A stretch of DNA of 64,000 nt, taken from NCBI RefSeq assembly GCF_001194135.2, contig NC_068996.1, positions 39,240,807 to 39,304,806 on the forward strand. The letters run 5' to 3'. A model generated the notes under the pieces. That model saw nothing but the letters and a program-made list of their open reading frames with translations. It did not search any database and had not been told where the DNA came from. This document shows positions 38,393-50,960 of this stretch, one piece after another. Source of the stretch: Octopus bimaculoides. Its lineage: Eukaryota. The translations under genes and the position numbers were made by a program. Numbering within the stretch: the stretch's first letter is position 1; every line of letters starts with the position of its first letter.

Positions 38393-39422
38393 CTATTGGC
38401 TACTCAGACGATTCATAAGATGTAGTGGCCCACACTGATAGTCATTGTATTGCTATGTTTTTATAGGCAGCAGCAACATTAATTATATTTGTTTTGCACA
38501 ATAGGTTGTAATTTGAAACCCTGCAACTGTTACTACATTGTATAGACAAATTAATTCTTTGTGTCAGCTTCATTAAAAATAGATGCCTCCTGTACAACTG
38601 TCGCTGAATAGTTGACATTAATAGACATACCTAGTTAAACAAAAATAATATAAATAAACATAAAAGATGTAAAACTTTTAAAATTTCCAGATCAATTCAA
38701 CTTGTGCTAATTGAGGAAAGGATATTTTTTGCATGAGCTCTTTAATAACATAAGTAGAATGAACACCAGTACCACAGATATGGGTAAATATGAAGTCATA
38801 CTTTAACAACTATAATTCTGGTACTTTATTTTCTTAAGAACTAGGAAAATAAAATAGTTTAAGAACAAAAAACAATACAATCATGTGCAAGCCAATTGCA
38901 CATAAAATCTGACATCCATAAAAGTAGATAACAGGCCCTCTCATATTCTTAAGACAACAGTATAACTAAAACTAACTCAGTATATGATCGATACCTATTG
39001 TACAAACTTATGAAAGACAAAAGATAATGCATTCTATTATAATCTTATATCTAAGATATATTATATGAATATCAAATTAATCACAATATAACATGTCTTT
39101 TGCAAACCTGTAGGAAGATTGAGGGCAAAGTTGACTACAGTGGGATCTGAATTTAGAATGTAAAGGTTTGCAAGTAAATATTGCTAAGCAGTTTGTAATG
39201 ATTCTACCAATGCCAGGACCATTTCAGTCTAAATGTAGAGGATTGAACTTGTACATTGTAAAGTTTCTGTGAAATCCATTATCTTTAAATACTGGCGTAC
39301 TAATTGAAACCATCATAATTACAGAAACCGCAATTTCAATATTTTTCATCTTTTACTTGTTTCAGTCACTAGACTGGGGCTATACAGGGGTACCACCTTT
39401 AGGTCAAATAAATCTACCTTGT

Positions 39423-39850
39423 ATTTCATCATCATTTAATGTCTGTTGCCCATGCTGGTTTGAGTTGAACAGGGCTAGTACGTTGGAAAGCTGCACCAGA
39501 CTCCAGTCTGATTTGGCATAGTTTTTTTACAGCTGGATGCCCTTTTTAACGCCAACCACTCAGAGTGTAAACGGTGCTTTTATGTGCTACTGGTATGGGT
39601 GCCAGTTGTGTGATACCAGGGTGCTTTTATGTGCCACTGACATTGGTGCCAATTTGTATGACATCAGTATCTGCCGTGACTGTGAGTTTGTTCGGCTTGA
39701 CGGGTCTTCTCAATACGTCAGTGAGGCCCAATGTTCAAAAGGAACTCAGCCACTTTATCTCTGTGAGGCCCAACGCTTGAAAAGAACTCAGCCACTTTGC
39801 CTTTGTGAGGCCCAATGCTTGGAAGGTATTCTTTACATGCCACCAGCACG
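39423..39850 (-). mobile_element. RTE-type 3' UTR repeat with an internal ~41-bp triplication, nested in a SINE A
   Basis: GTGAGGCCCAA repeats at 39720-39820; SINE A fragments at 39345-39420 and 39855-39915. Confidence 0.6.
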
Positions 39851-39914
39851 GGGTTTTCTTAAATCTGGCAAATATTCTATCAGTCTCTTTTGCAGAAATG
39901 CTAAGTTACAGGGT

Positions 39915-40265
39915 TGTGAACAAGAGAGTTTTGCTGAAAATCTCATTGGCAGCCTTGCAAAAACCTACTGTTTCCACATCTCACATCTGGGACAGCGTTG
40001 CTGCTATTCATACAAACATCCAAAGAAAGATCACTTGTCTGGCATGAAGTTTCTTACCAATACATTCCAGCCTCTGACCAAAGGACGCACTGTCTCCTCT
40101 CTCAGTATTTTCTGCTCCTACAATAGTGGGTTTTGCTACTTTGAGCTGGTTGGTGCTGTGCCAGTCCCGACTTCTTTCTTCTCTCCACTTCACAATAACC
40201 AACACCTAGTCCTTTCCTCTTGAGAGCATCAGTCTTCTGGAATTCCCTATTCACACATTTGTTCA
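39915..40265 (+). mobile_element. CR1/Jockey-group LINE RT C-terminal relic
   Basis: KPTVSTSHIWD..LTNTFQPLTKGRTVSSLSIFCSYNSGFCYFELVGAVP..FWNSL, resembling the LQPL..RR.VASL..FY.Y..G.CS.EL..WNSLP tail. Confidence 0.6.
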
Positions 40266-40811
40266 TGCAGGTTTTGACTTGTAAACTACTTTTCAAGAAT
40301 ATTAACTATATTGATCTTAACAATCCTGGCAGCTGTGTGATGGCTATAGACACAGTCCGTTGTTCCAGAGTAATTGCCACCTATCCACTCCCAAAAGTGT
40401 GGCAAATATTCATACTTGTTTATAAATAAAATTCTGTCAAGTTTCTGTACAATAACTAAAAGATTAAAACTGGCATAAAAAAACCAAACAAAACTAAGAA
40501 AAAAAAAACAGAGAGAGAGAGAGAGGATACTGTTTAAAATAAGCTGAGTTATGTAAAAATGTTCAATTTCAATATAATTTCAGTCATAATATTCCTCATT
40601 GAGTCTGAAAATATAACCATTATTCAACAATTTTTCTATTCAACATTTATTATAAAATGATACAATGTACCAACAGTACATTGCTGCATTCACATGCCAA
40701 AATCAGACACAATGGAATTACTGTCTAAGTAAATTTTAAGGAATATATGCTATGAAATGGAGGTGCTGGAAGTGTGGGGGTGGGGGTAAAGAAAAAAAAT
40801 CAAAACTTCAG

Positions 40812-41115
40812 AGGGTGACACTCCCTTCGGTCATGACTGACCATGGGATTGAACCTAGAAAGTTCCCCTCCGAGGTACAAGTCTGGGAAAGGTTGTTTTA
40901 TAGAAGACCAGCAGTCTCCCATGCATACCAGCCTCTCTTCATGCCACCGGTGTTATCCAAGGGAACGGCAAAGGTCGATACAACTTGGCATCAGTGACAT
41001 AGCAGTTCATTTCTATAGCTGAGTGAACTGGAGCAATGTGAAATAAAGTGTCTTGCTCAAGAACACAACACAGCCCAGTCTGGGAATTGAACTCACAACC
41101 TCACAATTGTAAACC
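40812..41115 (-). mobile_element. SINE family B
   Basis: rc of 18585-18925. Confidence 0.8.
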
Positions 41116-41264
41116 TGATGTTGTAAACACAGAGTCATTCCCCTTCGCAACTTCAGAACACACAAGCATATTCACCATGAATGTACAGAAAAAGCCTAAG
41201 AGATCCATGGTCTTTTGCAGATTTATCTTTTTTGTCTGCATATCTTTAGATGAAGACATGTAGA

Positions 41265-41430
41265 CATGGATATGGCTGTGTGGTAAGAAGCTTGCTTCCC
41301 AACCACATGGTTTTGGGTCCAGTCTCACTGCATGGCACCTTGTGCAAGTGCATTCTATAGCCTCAGGCGAATCAAAGCCTTGAGTGGATTTGATAGATAG
41401 TAACTGAAAGAAAACTGTGTGCGTATATAT
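41265..41430 (+). mobile_element. SINE family A head
   Basis: ATGGCTGTGTGGTAAGAAGCTTGCTTCCCAACCACATGG. Confidence 0.85.
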
Positions 41431-41657
41431 ATATATTTGAAACGCCGGTGTTAAAACGGGGGTAGCTGATGAAGGAAAATGTTCTCTATGTGGCTTGTGT
41501 GTTTTCTGTACTCTGGTTATTATTATTTCTTGTCTACGATTTGTTTGCAATGTCCTGTACCCAGATATGCACCTATATATACAGGTAGACGTAGGTATGC
41601 ACACACCTGTACGTATATATTCATATACTCATTATTTGTTTGTTTCTTTATTTATTT

Positions 41658-41662
<5 letters not shown>

Positions 41663-41730
<68 letters not shown>

Positions 41731-41773
41731 TAGAGAAAGATAGAGAGAAAGATAGAGAGATAGAGAGAAAGAT

Positions 41774-41804
<31 letters not shown>

Positions 41805-41840
41805 GATAGAGAAAGAGAGAGAGAGAGAAGGAGAGAGAGA
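41663..41840. repeat. (AG)n/(AGAT) microsatellite
   Basis: Direct reading. Confidence 0.95.
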
Positions 41841-42202
41841 CATACACAAGTAATTTATTGTATAATCTGAGACTCATGCGAATTTTTTGTCTTGAAGTAC
41901 GAGTGGAAATCCGCAGTATGAGCACACAAATCATCCCACCTTTAAGCTAATTCAGTTAAAACCAGTTTACATATCTCTTTTGCATTCCCTTTTTTACAAT
42001 TGTCATTTTATTTGTAACTACACTTTTTCTGTTTTAAAACCCATAAAAAAATTATTTTTGAGGGATGGAACGGATTGATTAATTATATTTTAGTTAATTG
42101 CAATGGGGAAAATTGATTTGTAAAATGAGTAAATTGTAAGATGAGCTCAGTCATGGAATGAATTGAACTCATTCTGCAAAGTATCACTAGGCCTCACCGA
42201 GG

Positions 42203-42913
42203 CGATGACTTCCGACCAAGACCTTTGGAAATATGCTGTGCGTGAGAAGACCCGGCAAGCCAAGTGAGACCATAATCCGAGGCCTTTGCCAGGGGTGTAG
42301 CCAGCCCACTTATGCGTACCTTTCTTTCATTGGATACTAAACTGTGGTTGTGAAGACCTGTTGAGGCAAGTGAAATTGAAATTGAACCAAATTCGACGAC
42401 TGGCACCCATGCCAACCTCTCTTTCATTGGACACTAAACTCCGCTTGCGAAGACCTGTTGGGGCAAGTGAAATCGAAATCGTGATGGCACCTGTACCAGT
42501 GGAGCGTCTGAGAGTGATCGTTGCCAGAGCAGCTGTCTGCCATTGACACGTAAATAGTACCATTTGAGCGTGATTGTTACCAGTATCGCCTTCCTGGCAC
42601 TTGTGCTGGTGGCACATGAAAAGACATTCGAGCGAGGTCATTGCCAGTGCCGCTGGACTGGCTCCTTTGCAGGTGGCACATAAAATGCACCATTTTGAGC
42701 ATGGCTGTTGCCAGTACCGCCTGACTGGCCTTCGTGCCAGTGGCATGTAAAAGCACCCACTACACTCTTGGAGTGGTTGGCGTTAGGAAGGGCATCCAGC
42801 TGTAGAAACTCTGCCAGATCAGATTGGAGCCTGGTGCAGTCATCTGGTTTGCCAGTTCTCAGTCAAACCATCCAACCCATGCCAGCATGGAAAGCGGACA
42901 TTAAGTGATGATG
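42203..42913 (+). mobile_element. 5'-truncated RTE-LINE (last codons + long 3' UTR with an internal duplication)
   Basis: TTTCATTGGA(T/C)ACTAAACT..GAAGACCTGTTG.GGCAAGTGAAAT present twice; (GAT) tail; many CpGs. Confidence 0.8.
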
Positions 42914-43107
42914 ATATGTAAAACTTACTGTTAATAAAAGCTAGGATGCATTGCATTCCATTAATTAATGAAATAACATAGTAAATACACAAACGAAATG
43001 TAAACAATGTATAACATATATTGAGTGCACAAATGGACAGAAGACAGACATAGAAGGTCCCTAATTCTTCATCAGTTAGCAACCAGATGATATTTAGTCT
43101 AGCACCA

Positions 43108-43109
<2 letters not shown>

Positions 43110-43151
<42 letters not shown>

Positions 43152-43655
43152 ATATCTATGTTTGTCTCCCATCATTGACTGACAACTGACACTGGTGTGT
43201 TTATGTCGCCATAACCTAGCGGTTCGGCAAAAAGAGACCGATAGAATAAGTACTAGGCTTACAAAGAATAAGTCCTGGGGTCGATTTTTTTGACTAAAAA
43301 ACCCTTTAAGGTGGTGCTCCAGCACGGCCACAGTCTAATGACTGAAACAAGTAACAGATATAAGTTTACTGTTCAAGTATGAACTTTTTTTTCTTCCTTT
43401 GTTACAACGGGAAATTCTGTAGAGCATATTGCGAATCTCATCCATAAGAACCAATCACTTTCTTGAAAACTTAACCTCATTATTCTTGCCATGTCGACAC
43501 AGGTGTGGCTGCATGGTAAGGAGCTCGCCTCCCTGCCACATGGTTCTGGGCTCCATCTCATAGCATAGCACCTGAGGCAAGTGTCTTCTACTCTACCATT
43601 GGGCTGGCCAAAGTCTTCTGAGTGAATTTGGTAGAAAGAAACCAAGAAGCCTGTC
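43110..43655 (+). mobile_element. SINE family A 3' half (43110-43362) and separate head (43498-43655)
   Basis: Family A consensus blocks. Confidence 0.75.
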
Positions 43656-44689
43656 ATTTTTATGTGAGTGTGTGTGTGCATGTGTGGGGATGAGTGCGTG
43701 TGTGTGTGTGAGTTAGTGCATGTGTGAATAAATAAACTTCTCATTTGACAGGAGAATCTAAATATTAAAGAATTAAAGATCTAATAGTGTTTGCTAAAGC
43801 ATATGGACCCCCGGGAGGGAACCCCTGCTTTGTAGGGACATTGGAACCACTAGAAATAGTAGCAAAATTTCTTACGTCATGGGTTGCATGTAGAAATGAC
43901 TGTGACTAGAATATCTTTGTTTATAGATCTGCCTACTAGCGTTACTAGAGTGTGTGCCACCAGGAGTAGCCCTTCCATTTGCTGCCCCCGGACCCCACAA
44001 GAAACATTGCCTACAGCAGCTACAAAAGTGCTGCCCCTACCTATGCTAGTGGATCTGCTCATCATAACCCAACTGGCATGTGTTATACTTGCTTCACTGT
44101 TGTGCATTTATTGATATTAAAAAAAAGTCTAACCAACAAAAAAAACCCTACCTAGCAGTAAGAATGACTGCTCCAGCATTCCCAATGATATGTAAATGTG
44201 TATATTTGTACACAATACATGACTGCGAATGAAGAATGGTTTATAATGATGATAGAGAATAAAATAAGAACTTTTTCAATATCACAAATTATCAAGTTAC
44301 ACATGGAAATGCATTAATTGAAGAATTAAAAAAAAAACAAAAAAAAAGCTAAATGACAGAATTAATTCCTAACAGCTTTTACTAAATAAGACATAACCAA
44401 CATTTCTATTTTTACATATGTTTAAAGCCATTGACAGTTATAGCAGACTTAAGTCTTATCAGATATTACCCAACTTATAAATATAGATGCCTTGTCTCAT
44501 TAGATATTGAAGCTACCAGATGTTTGGAAACAGCTTGCTGGTGCAATTTCAGTCATTCAAAAACCCCTGCATACTGGATGCCAGATTTCGTAGAGGGGTC
44601 ACTGGGAAAGAATGTGCACCATTTTGGGGCCTTCCTCTTGACAGCTCTACAGCACACCCAACCACTCAATTGTTCAGATCCAGCCTCTC

Positions 44690-44793
44690 ACACCTGCCCA
44701 GTTTCGTGTCCAATGAAGGAAGGTACGCATAAGTAGGGGGGCTGGCTACACCCCTGGTAGAGGCCTTGGATTTAGGTCTCACTTGGCTTGCCG

Positions 44794-44797
<4 letters not shown>
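44690..44797 (-). mobile_element. RTE 3' UTR fragment
   Basis: rc of 42255-42335. Confidence 0.75.
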
Positions 44798-44821
<24 letters not shown>

Positions 44822-44827
<6 letters not shown>

Positions 44828-44992
44828 AGAGGGTACTGAAAAGTTCCTGGCTTTAAGGGTATCACAAAAGGTCCAGTTGACGGTCAAATCTTCCAAGTTC
44901 TTTTACAAGGCTTAGAAAAACCTGAAAGACTGCTGCAATAAGTGTGTGAATCTGAGAGGGGAATATGTTGAATAAAATCATAATTCTCTGCT
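44822..44992 (+). mobile_element. Truncated mariner-derived MITE
   Basis: Left TIR TACAAGAGGGTACTGAAAAGTTCCTGGC; same family as 47401-47617. Confidence 0.8.
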
Positions 44993-47290
44993 GTTATATG
45001 GTGGTCTCTAAGGAAGTTAGGCATAGAGAGGAATGGCTTGTTAGATCTGTACAAGCCATGTACAGTGATGCTGTCAATAAGGTGAGAGTCAGCCATGAAT
45101 ACAGTGATGAATTTAGTGTACAGGCAGGGGTTCACCAGGGCTGAGTTTTCAACCCATTCTTTTTCATTATAGTCCTCCAGGCCATAACAGAGGAATTTAA
45201 AACTGGGTGCTTGTGGGAACTGCTATATGCTGATGACTTATTGCAGAATCTTTAGCAGAATTGGAGAAGAAGTTCCTAGCATGGAAACAAAACCTGGAAT
45301 CAAAAGGCCTTAAAGTTAACCTAGCTAAGACAAAAGTGGTTGTTAGTGAGAAAGAAGATAAAACTTTCTTTCCGTCAGGTAAATGGCCCTACTCCATATG
45401 TAGGAAAAGAGTTGGAGGAAATTCCATTTGCTGCACCCAGTGTAAACTATGGACACATAAGAGATGCAGTGGTATCACAGGTAGATTAACAGACAAAGTA
45501 GTCTTTATATATGGCAGATGTGCAAGAACAAAAAGCACGAAGAGCACATGGAAATTAGATTCTCTCAAATGCCCAAGTGGCTCTCTTGAGATTGTAGATA
45601 GTTTGTTACCTAGGTGACCAAATTAGCAATGGTGGCGGATGCTCTGAAAGTATTGTTTCTAGAATGAGAACTGGGTGGTGGAAGTTCAGAGAACTATTAC
45701 CTCTGTTGGCAACAAAAGGACTCTCTCAAAGTGAAAGATAGACTATATGATGCTTGTGTATGAACGGCTATTCTCCATGGTAGTGAGACATGGGCTCTGA
45801 ATGGAGAAGACATATGTAGACTGGATAGAAACAAAGGTAGTACGCTCCGTTGGATGTGCAACATCAGTGCACATGTACGACAAAGTGCAAATGTAGAGAG
45901 AGAAAAGTTGGGCATAAGAGGAATCAAATGTAACATGCAAGAGAGAAGACTGCATTGGTTTGGACATGTAATGTGTGAGAATGAAGACAGCTGTATAAAG
46001 AAGTGCCAATCACTGAAAGTGGATGGGGCCTGTAGAAGAGGGAGACCCAGGAAGACATGGGATGAAGTGGTAAGGACTGATCTCAGGACATTGGGTCTCA
46101 CAGAGGAAATGACAATGGACTGAGATGTCTGGTGATATGAGGTTTCTGAGAAGACCCACCCATATCAGTGAAACAGTTCTACAAGCCATCCACACTTAAG
46201 AAAAGTTCTCACACACTCTACCACAACAAACCAAACTATGTCTACATCTCTTTCTCTTCCTCGCATTCTCACCTCATGCACTATGCTTACCTCCCACTCC
46301 TCAATCCTGTCCTCTTGGTTTTGTCTCACTGTATATCATTGCTATCCACTTGCACCCCCTGACCTGTGTGTTCCACCCACATGTAACAAGAGAACTTCTC
46401 AGATACCCCACTACAACAAACAATATCTCAACATCTCTTCCTCACATTTCCTCCTTCATACACTCTCACTCTACAGTCCTGTCCTCACGACCCTGTTTCT
46501 CTGTATCATTGCTATAAAGCAGTCTATATATACCCAAGTTTTTATGACTCACTTCCCCAAACTCTAATCCTGCACCTTTTGCAATATCCAGCCACATATA
46601 TTATGACCTTTGAACCTCAAGGATATGCCCTGGCATGTGTCACCATCTATCTCTCTCTCTTCCTTTACTCAACCATCTAATATTTTGATCCCCATCCATT
46701 GTGAGTATGCCCGGCCCTTTGCTACCATCTATATTCTGCTGTCACCCACTTTCTGTCTCTCCTTCTATTGCACTTCCCCCAGGTTGACTAACCATGTATC
46801 TCCTTGCAGCAGCACACGTATTTCTGGCCTCATTCTTGATCTCTCTCTCTCTCTCTCTGGCCAGGTAACATTGTACCTCCTGTACAGCAAGATACCTGTT
46901 TCTGTGTGTCTGTCTCACTATAGCCTTTCATCATCTGACACAAGATCACCTCCTTCAATGCCCTCTCTCCTCACAAATGATTTTTGTCTTGCAAGTACTT
47001 GGTGACCCTGTCAGTGCAAGTGCCAAGTTAAAAGCACCCAGTCCACACTGTAAAATGGTTGGCATTTGGAAAGGCATCCAGCTATAAATACCTTGCCAAA
47101 ACTGACCTCACCTGTGCTTGTGCCATGTAAAAAGCACTGAGTCTACTCTGCTGAGTGGTTGGTGTTGGGAAAGGCATCCAGCTGTAAAAATCTTGCCAAA
47201 CAGTTACAGATGTCTGATGCAAGCTTCTGCCTGGCTGCCATCTGGCAAACCGTCCCACCCATCCCAGCATGGAAGGCAGATGTTAAACGA
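44992..47290 (+). mobile_element. Degenerate RTE-LINE: RT domain (GVHQG, LLYADD) through ORF2 end, long CT-rich segment and 3' tail
   Basis: Translations ..WELLYADDL..LESKGLKVNLAKTKV..CTQCKLWTHKRCSG..LHWFGHV..RRGRPRKTWDEVV, with stops and frameshifts. Confidence 0.9.
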
Positions 47291-47400
47291 TAGTAGTCAA
47301 TCCTCCTGTATTATTTTATCCAAAGCCAGGAACTTTTCAACACCCCCTCGTGTGTATGTGTGTATATATATATACGCACACACACATACACACACATGTA

Positions 47401-47617
47401 TACAAGGGGGTGCTGGAAAGTTCTCAACTTTAAGGGTATCATCAAAGGCCCAGTTGGAGGCCCAACCTTCCAAGTTCTTTTACGGGGCTTAGAAAAACTG
47501 AAGAGCCACTGCAGTAAGTGAGTGAATCTGAGAGGGGAATAAGTTGAATAAAATCATAACTGATCCTCTTGTATTTTCTTTTACCCAAAGACAGGAACTT
47601 TTCAGCCCCACCTCATA
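47401..47617 (+). mobile_element. Complete mariner-derived MITE (plus an orphan right end at 47300-47352)
   Basis: TA-flanked TIRs; residual ..GLEKL..CSK.VNLRGE transposase C-terminus. Confidence 0.8.
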
Positions 47618-47757
47618 ATTCAAACAATGTGAATAGAAAAACTTTACATTTGACAGAATTATGTGAAATCTAAAGGGTTAAAAAAAAGTGAGAATTTTGT
47701 TCAAGTGTTTTCAAGGGGTTTAACAAACACTATTAGACCATTAAGAAGGGTCTAAAC

Positions 47758-48259
47758 TAGTGGTTCTCAACTGGGGTCCATAAAAGATTTTTGGAGGCCT
47801 ACGCAAAAGAGTAAATTGGGGATCCACAATATTTTCAGGGCCAGAAAAAAATCAGCTTTAGATGTATGTATTGGTATGTATTGCAAGAAACAGCTGGGTT
47901 TCTTTCTCTAATGTCTTACATAGTTCAACCTACACAAGGGAATGTGTGAAAAACAAAATAGGAATTTTGAAAGTTTCTATAAAACTACTTTTTAAACATC
48001 AAATGACTATGAGGTCCCACCACAAAATAGTAATCAAAGGGGTCCACAGATAATAAAAATGTTGAGAGTCCCTGCTTTAGATGGTTCCTTTCTCTAAAAT
48101 TTTACATAGTTCAACCTACACAAGTTAATGTCTACTAAAATAAATAGGAATTTTGGAAGAAGTTTCTATAAAACTAGTTTTTAAACACTGAATGGGGGTC
48201 CACCAGAATAAAATAGTAATCAAAGGGGTTTATGGATGAAAAATGGTTGAGAACCCCTG
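47758..48259. mobile_element. hAT-type MITE with an internal tandem duplication
   Basis: TIR TAGTGGTTCTCAAC / GTTGAGAACCCCTG; outer 8-bp TSD gtctaaac / atctaaac. Confidence 0.75.
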
Positions 48260-49061
48260 ATCTAAACTATTGTGTTTGTAGGTGGGTGATTAAGTGAAAT
48301 GTATGACTCAAAGCTAAAATGCAAACTTGACAAAAACTTATCTCTACAAGTCTTAATCCTCACAGAAGAATTAATGAGGCAAATAAATGGAAAATATTTC
48401 TGCTGAAAATAAAGAGATTTTTTATTAACTAATTTATATAAATATGATAAAAAGTGTGAAAGCAATTATAATATGATGGCTGTTTAGAGGCTCAAAATAA
48501 CATTGCTCAATATGGACATGAATTCAAGCAGTGATAACAGATATAATTTCTCTATTAAAAATAATGTATTCCTTATTTTTTAAAAGTTTTCACAGAAATT
48601 CCTTTTAAAAGATAAGAGTGTCATATCAAATTTCATATATCTAAATGGATTCAGAAAGTCTCTATATGTTCATATGAAATAAACATGCTAATTATATACA
48701 TACATATATATATTAAATATTAAAGCTGATGGCTTCTTTTGATCAGATAGAAAGCAAACTGGACAAGAAGAGTGAACAATTGAAAGGCAAAAATGACACA
48801 GGGAAAGTTTCTATGATGGTACAGCTACTTAAACTCTCATAAAACCAATTTAGTCTTGTACTGTTTTGGGTATACAAAGCTTCAACATAAGAAATCGTTT
48901 TTTTATGTTGCAGAAGTAAGTTTTTGTTTAGAAATCAAATGATATTTGTGACACTTAGCCAATCCCTTTAGTTACTGGTTCTGACCCATTTTTTCTCTCT
49001 ATGGACCCCATTGATTTCTATTTTACTCAACTAGACATCCATAGACATTCAACGTATATAT

Positions 49062-50390
49062 TCTTTTACTTGTTTGTCATTTGACTGTGCCCATGCTGGA
49101 GCACTGCCTTTAGTCGAACAAATCGACCCCAGGACTTATTCTTTGTAAGCCTAGTACTTATCCTATCGGTCTCTTTTGCTGAACCACTAAATTACAGGGA
49201 TGTAAAGACACCAACATTGGTTGTCAAGTGGTGCAGTGGAGACAAACACACACACACACAAGTATATGAGCTTTTTCAGTTTCTGTTTATCAAATCCCTC
49301 ACAAGGTTTTGGTCAGCCTGAGGATATAGTAGAAGACACTTGCCCAAGGTACAACACAGTGGGACTGAACCCGGAACCATGTGGTTGGGAAACAAGTTTC
49401 TTACCACACAGACACACCTGCACCTATAAGAAAAAAACATCCTTCAGCATTTTTATTTTTTTGGTTGTTTTAGACATTTGACTGTGGCCATGCTGGACCA
49501 CTGCCTTAAAGGGTTTCAGTCGAGGAAATTGACCTCAAGACTTATTCCTTGTAAGCCTAATACTTATTCTATTGGTCTCTTTTGCTGAACACACCAGCAT
49601 CAGTACAAACAGCAAGGGTACAAACACGGACACACACACACACACATAACAGGCTTGTTTCAGTTTCCATCTACAGATTCTACTCACAAGACTTCGGTCA
49701 GCCTGAGGCTATAGCAGAAGACACTTTCCCAAGGTATCACGCAGTGGGACTGAGTCCAGAACAATATGTTTGAGAAGCAAACTTCTTACTGCACAGCCAT
49801 GCCTGCACCTCTTTTATAATTAAATATCATTAGAAATTGTATTAAAAAAATTAATTAAATATCATTAGAAATTGTATTAAAAAAATTAAAATATTTCAGT
49901 GTAATAAACTGCACATGAATTTTAACAGCAAAATCATGTGGACCCACAAGGATCATGTGGACCCCAGTTGAGAATCCCTGCTCTTAGCCAGGGTTGATAA
50001 AGGGTATACATATGTATATTTTATCTTTAATCTATTTCAGTTGTTAGACTATGGCCATGCTGGGGCACCACCTTGAAGAAATCCAGTTGAATGAATTGAT
50101 CCTAGTACCTTTTAAAAATTTTTTTGAAAACCTGGTACATTTTCTTTTGGTCTGTTTCGCTGAACTGTTAGATTATGGGGATGTGAACAGCCAATACCAG
50201 TTGTCAAGTGGTGGGTGGGGACACAGACACAAAGATACACATATTTGCAGTACGCTTCTTTCGGTTTCTGTCTACCAAATCCACTCACTAGGCTATGGTC
50301 AGCTTAGGGCTATGATAGAAGAGGTACCATGCAGTGGGACTGAACCTGGAACCATGTGGTTGGGAAGCAAACTTCTTATAACACAGTCAT
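49062..50390 (-). mobile_element. Three same-orientation SINE A copies (49062-49425, 49483-49810, 50030-50390)
   Basis: Family A consensus repeated three times. Confidence 0.85.
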
Positions 50391-50417
50391 GAGAGAGAGA
50401 GAGAAAGAGAGAGAGAA

Positions 50418-50448
<31 letters not shown>

Positions 50449-50629
50449 AAGAGAGAGTGAGTGAACTGGGTTAAAAATTTTACAGTATCCAAATTTGTGT
50501 TCTCCAAACCTAGATACAAGCAACATTGATATTGCTGGAATGAATGAAAATGACTTAAAATGAAAATTGAGTCTGCATTCATCAAGGACACATGTTTATG
50601 GATGTCTGGGGTCATAAGAATGAGTAAAG

Positions 50630-50960
50630 GGACTAGGATAGATGTTCATCTTTCATTGCTTGCACAGGTCAGACAGAATTTGTTGAGGCAGATTTTGTAT
50701 GGCTTCCCATTGCCAAACCTCACTTGTTTTCAAGTAAGGTAATAGTTAACCATGGCCAGAAATGGTACCATAAAAATATGGTATTTATTTACAACAACCG
50801 TGTGATGTCAAGATAAGGGGGCATACTAACACACGCAATAGGCATCTTTCAGTTTCTAAAGCAGAAGAAACCTGCCCAAGATGGCATGCAGAGGAACTAC
50901 ACCTGAAACCATGTGGTTGGGAAGCAAGCTTTATAACTATACAACCATGTCAGCACTATT
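50630..50960 (-). mobile_element. SINE A head + RTE-type tail (old)
   Basis: rc of 2351-2800. Confidence 0.6.

Noticed and set aside
39715-39830. Regularly spaced ~41-bp GTGAGGCCCAA repeats resembling a CRISPR array
   Set aside because: The spacers are near-identical (a tandem repeat), the same motif recurs at ~17585-17650 as part of a dispersed repeat, and the context is eukaryotic with no cas genes
39537-40223. 228-aa ORF, the longest gap-free ORF in the track
   Set aside because: Chance read-through of three adjacent TE remnants (RTE UTR in antisense, SINE A, CR1/Jockey tail)
41438-41600. GAAACGCC...GCTGATGAAGG as a permuted hammerhead
   Set aside because: No convincing stems I or II and no valid cleavage triplet; probably a decayed repeat end
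49820-49892. 36-bp tandem duplication (AATTAAATATCATTAGAAATTGTATTAAAAAAATT, two copies)
   Set aside because: Ordinary slippage duplication of AT-rich DNA
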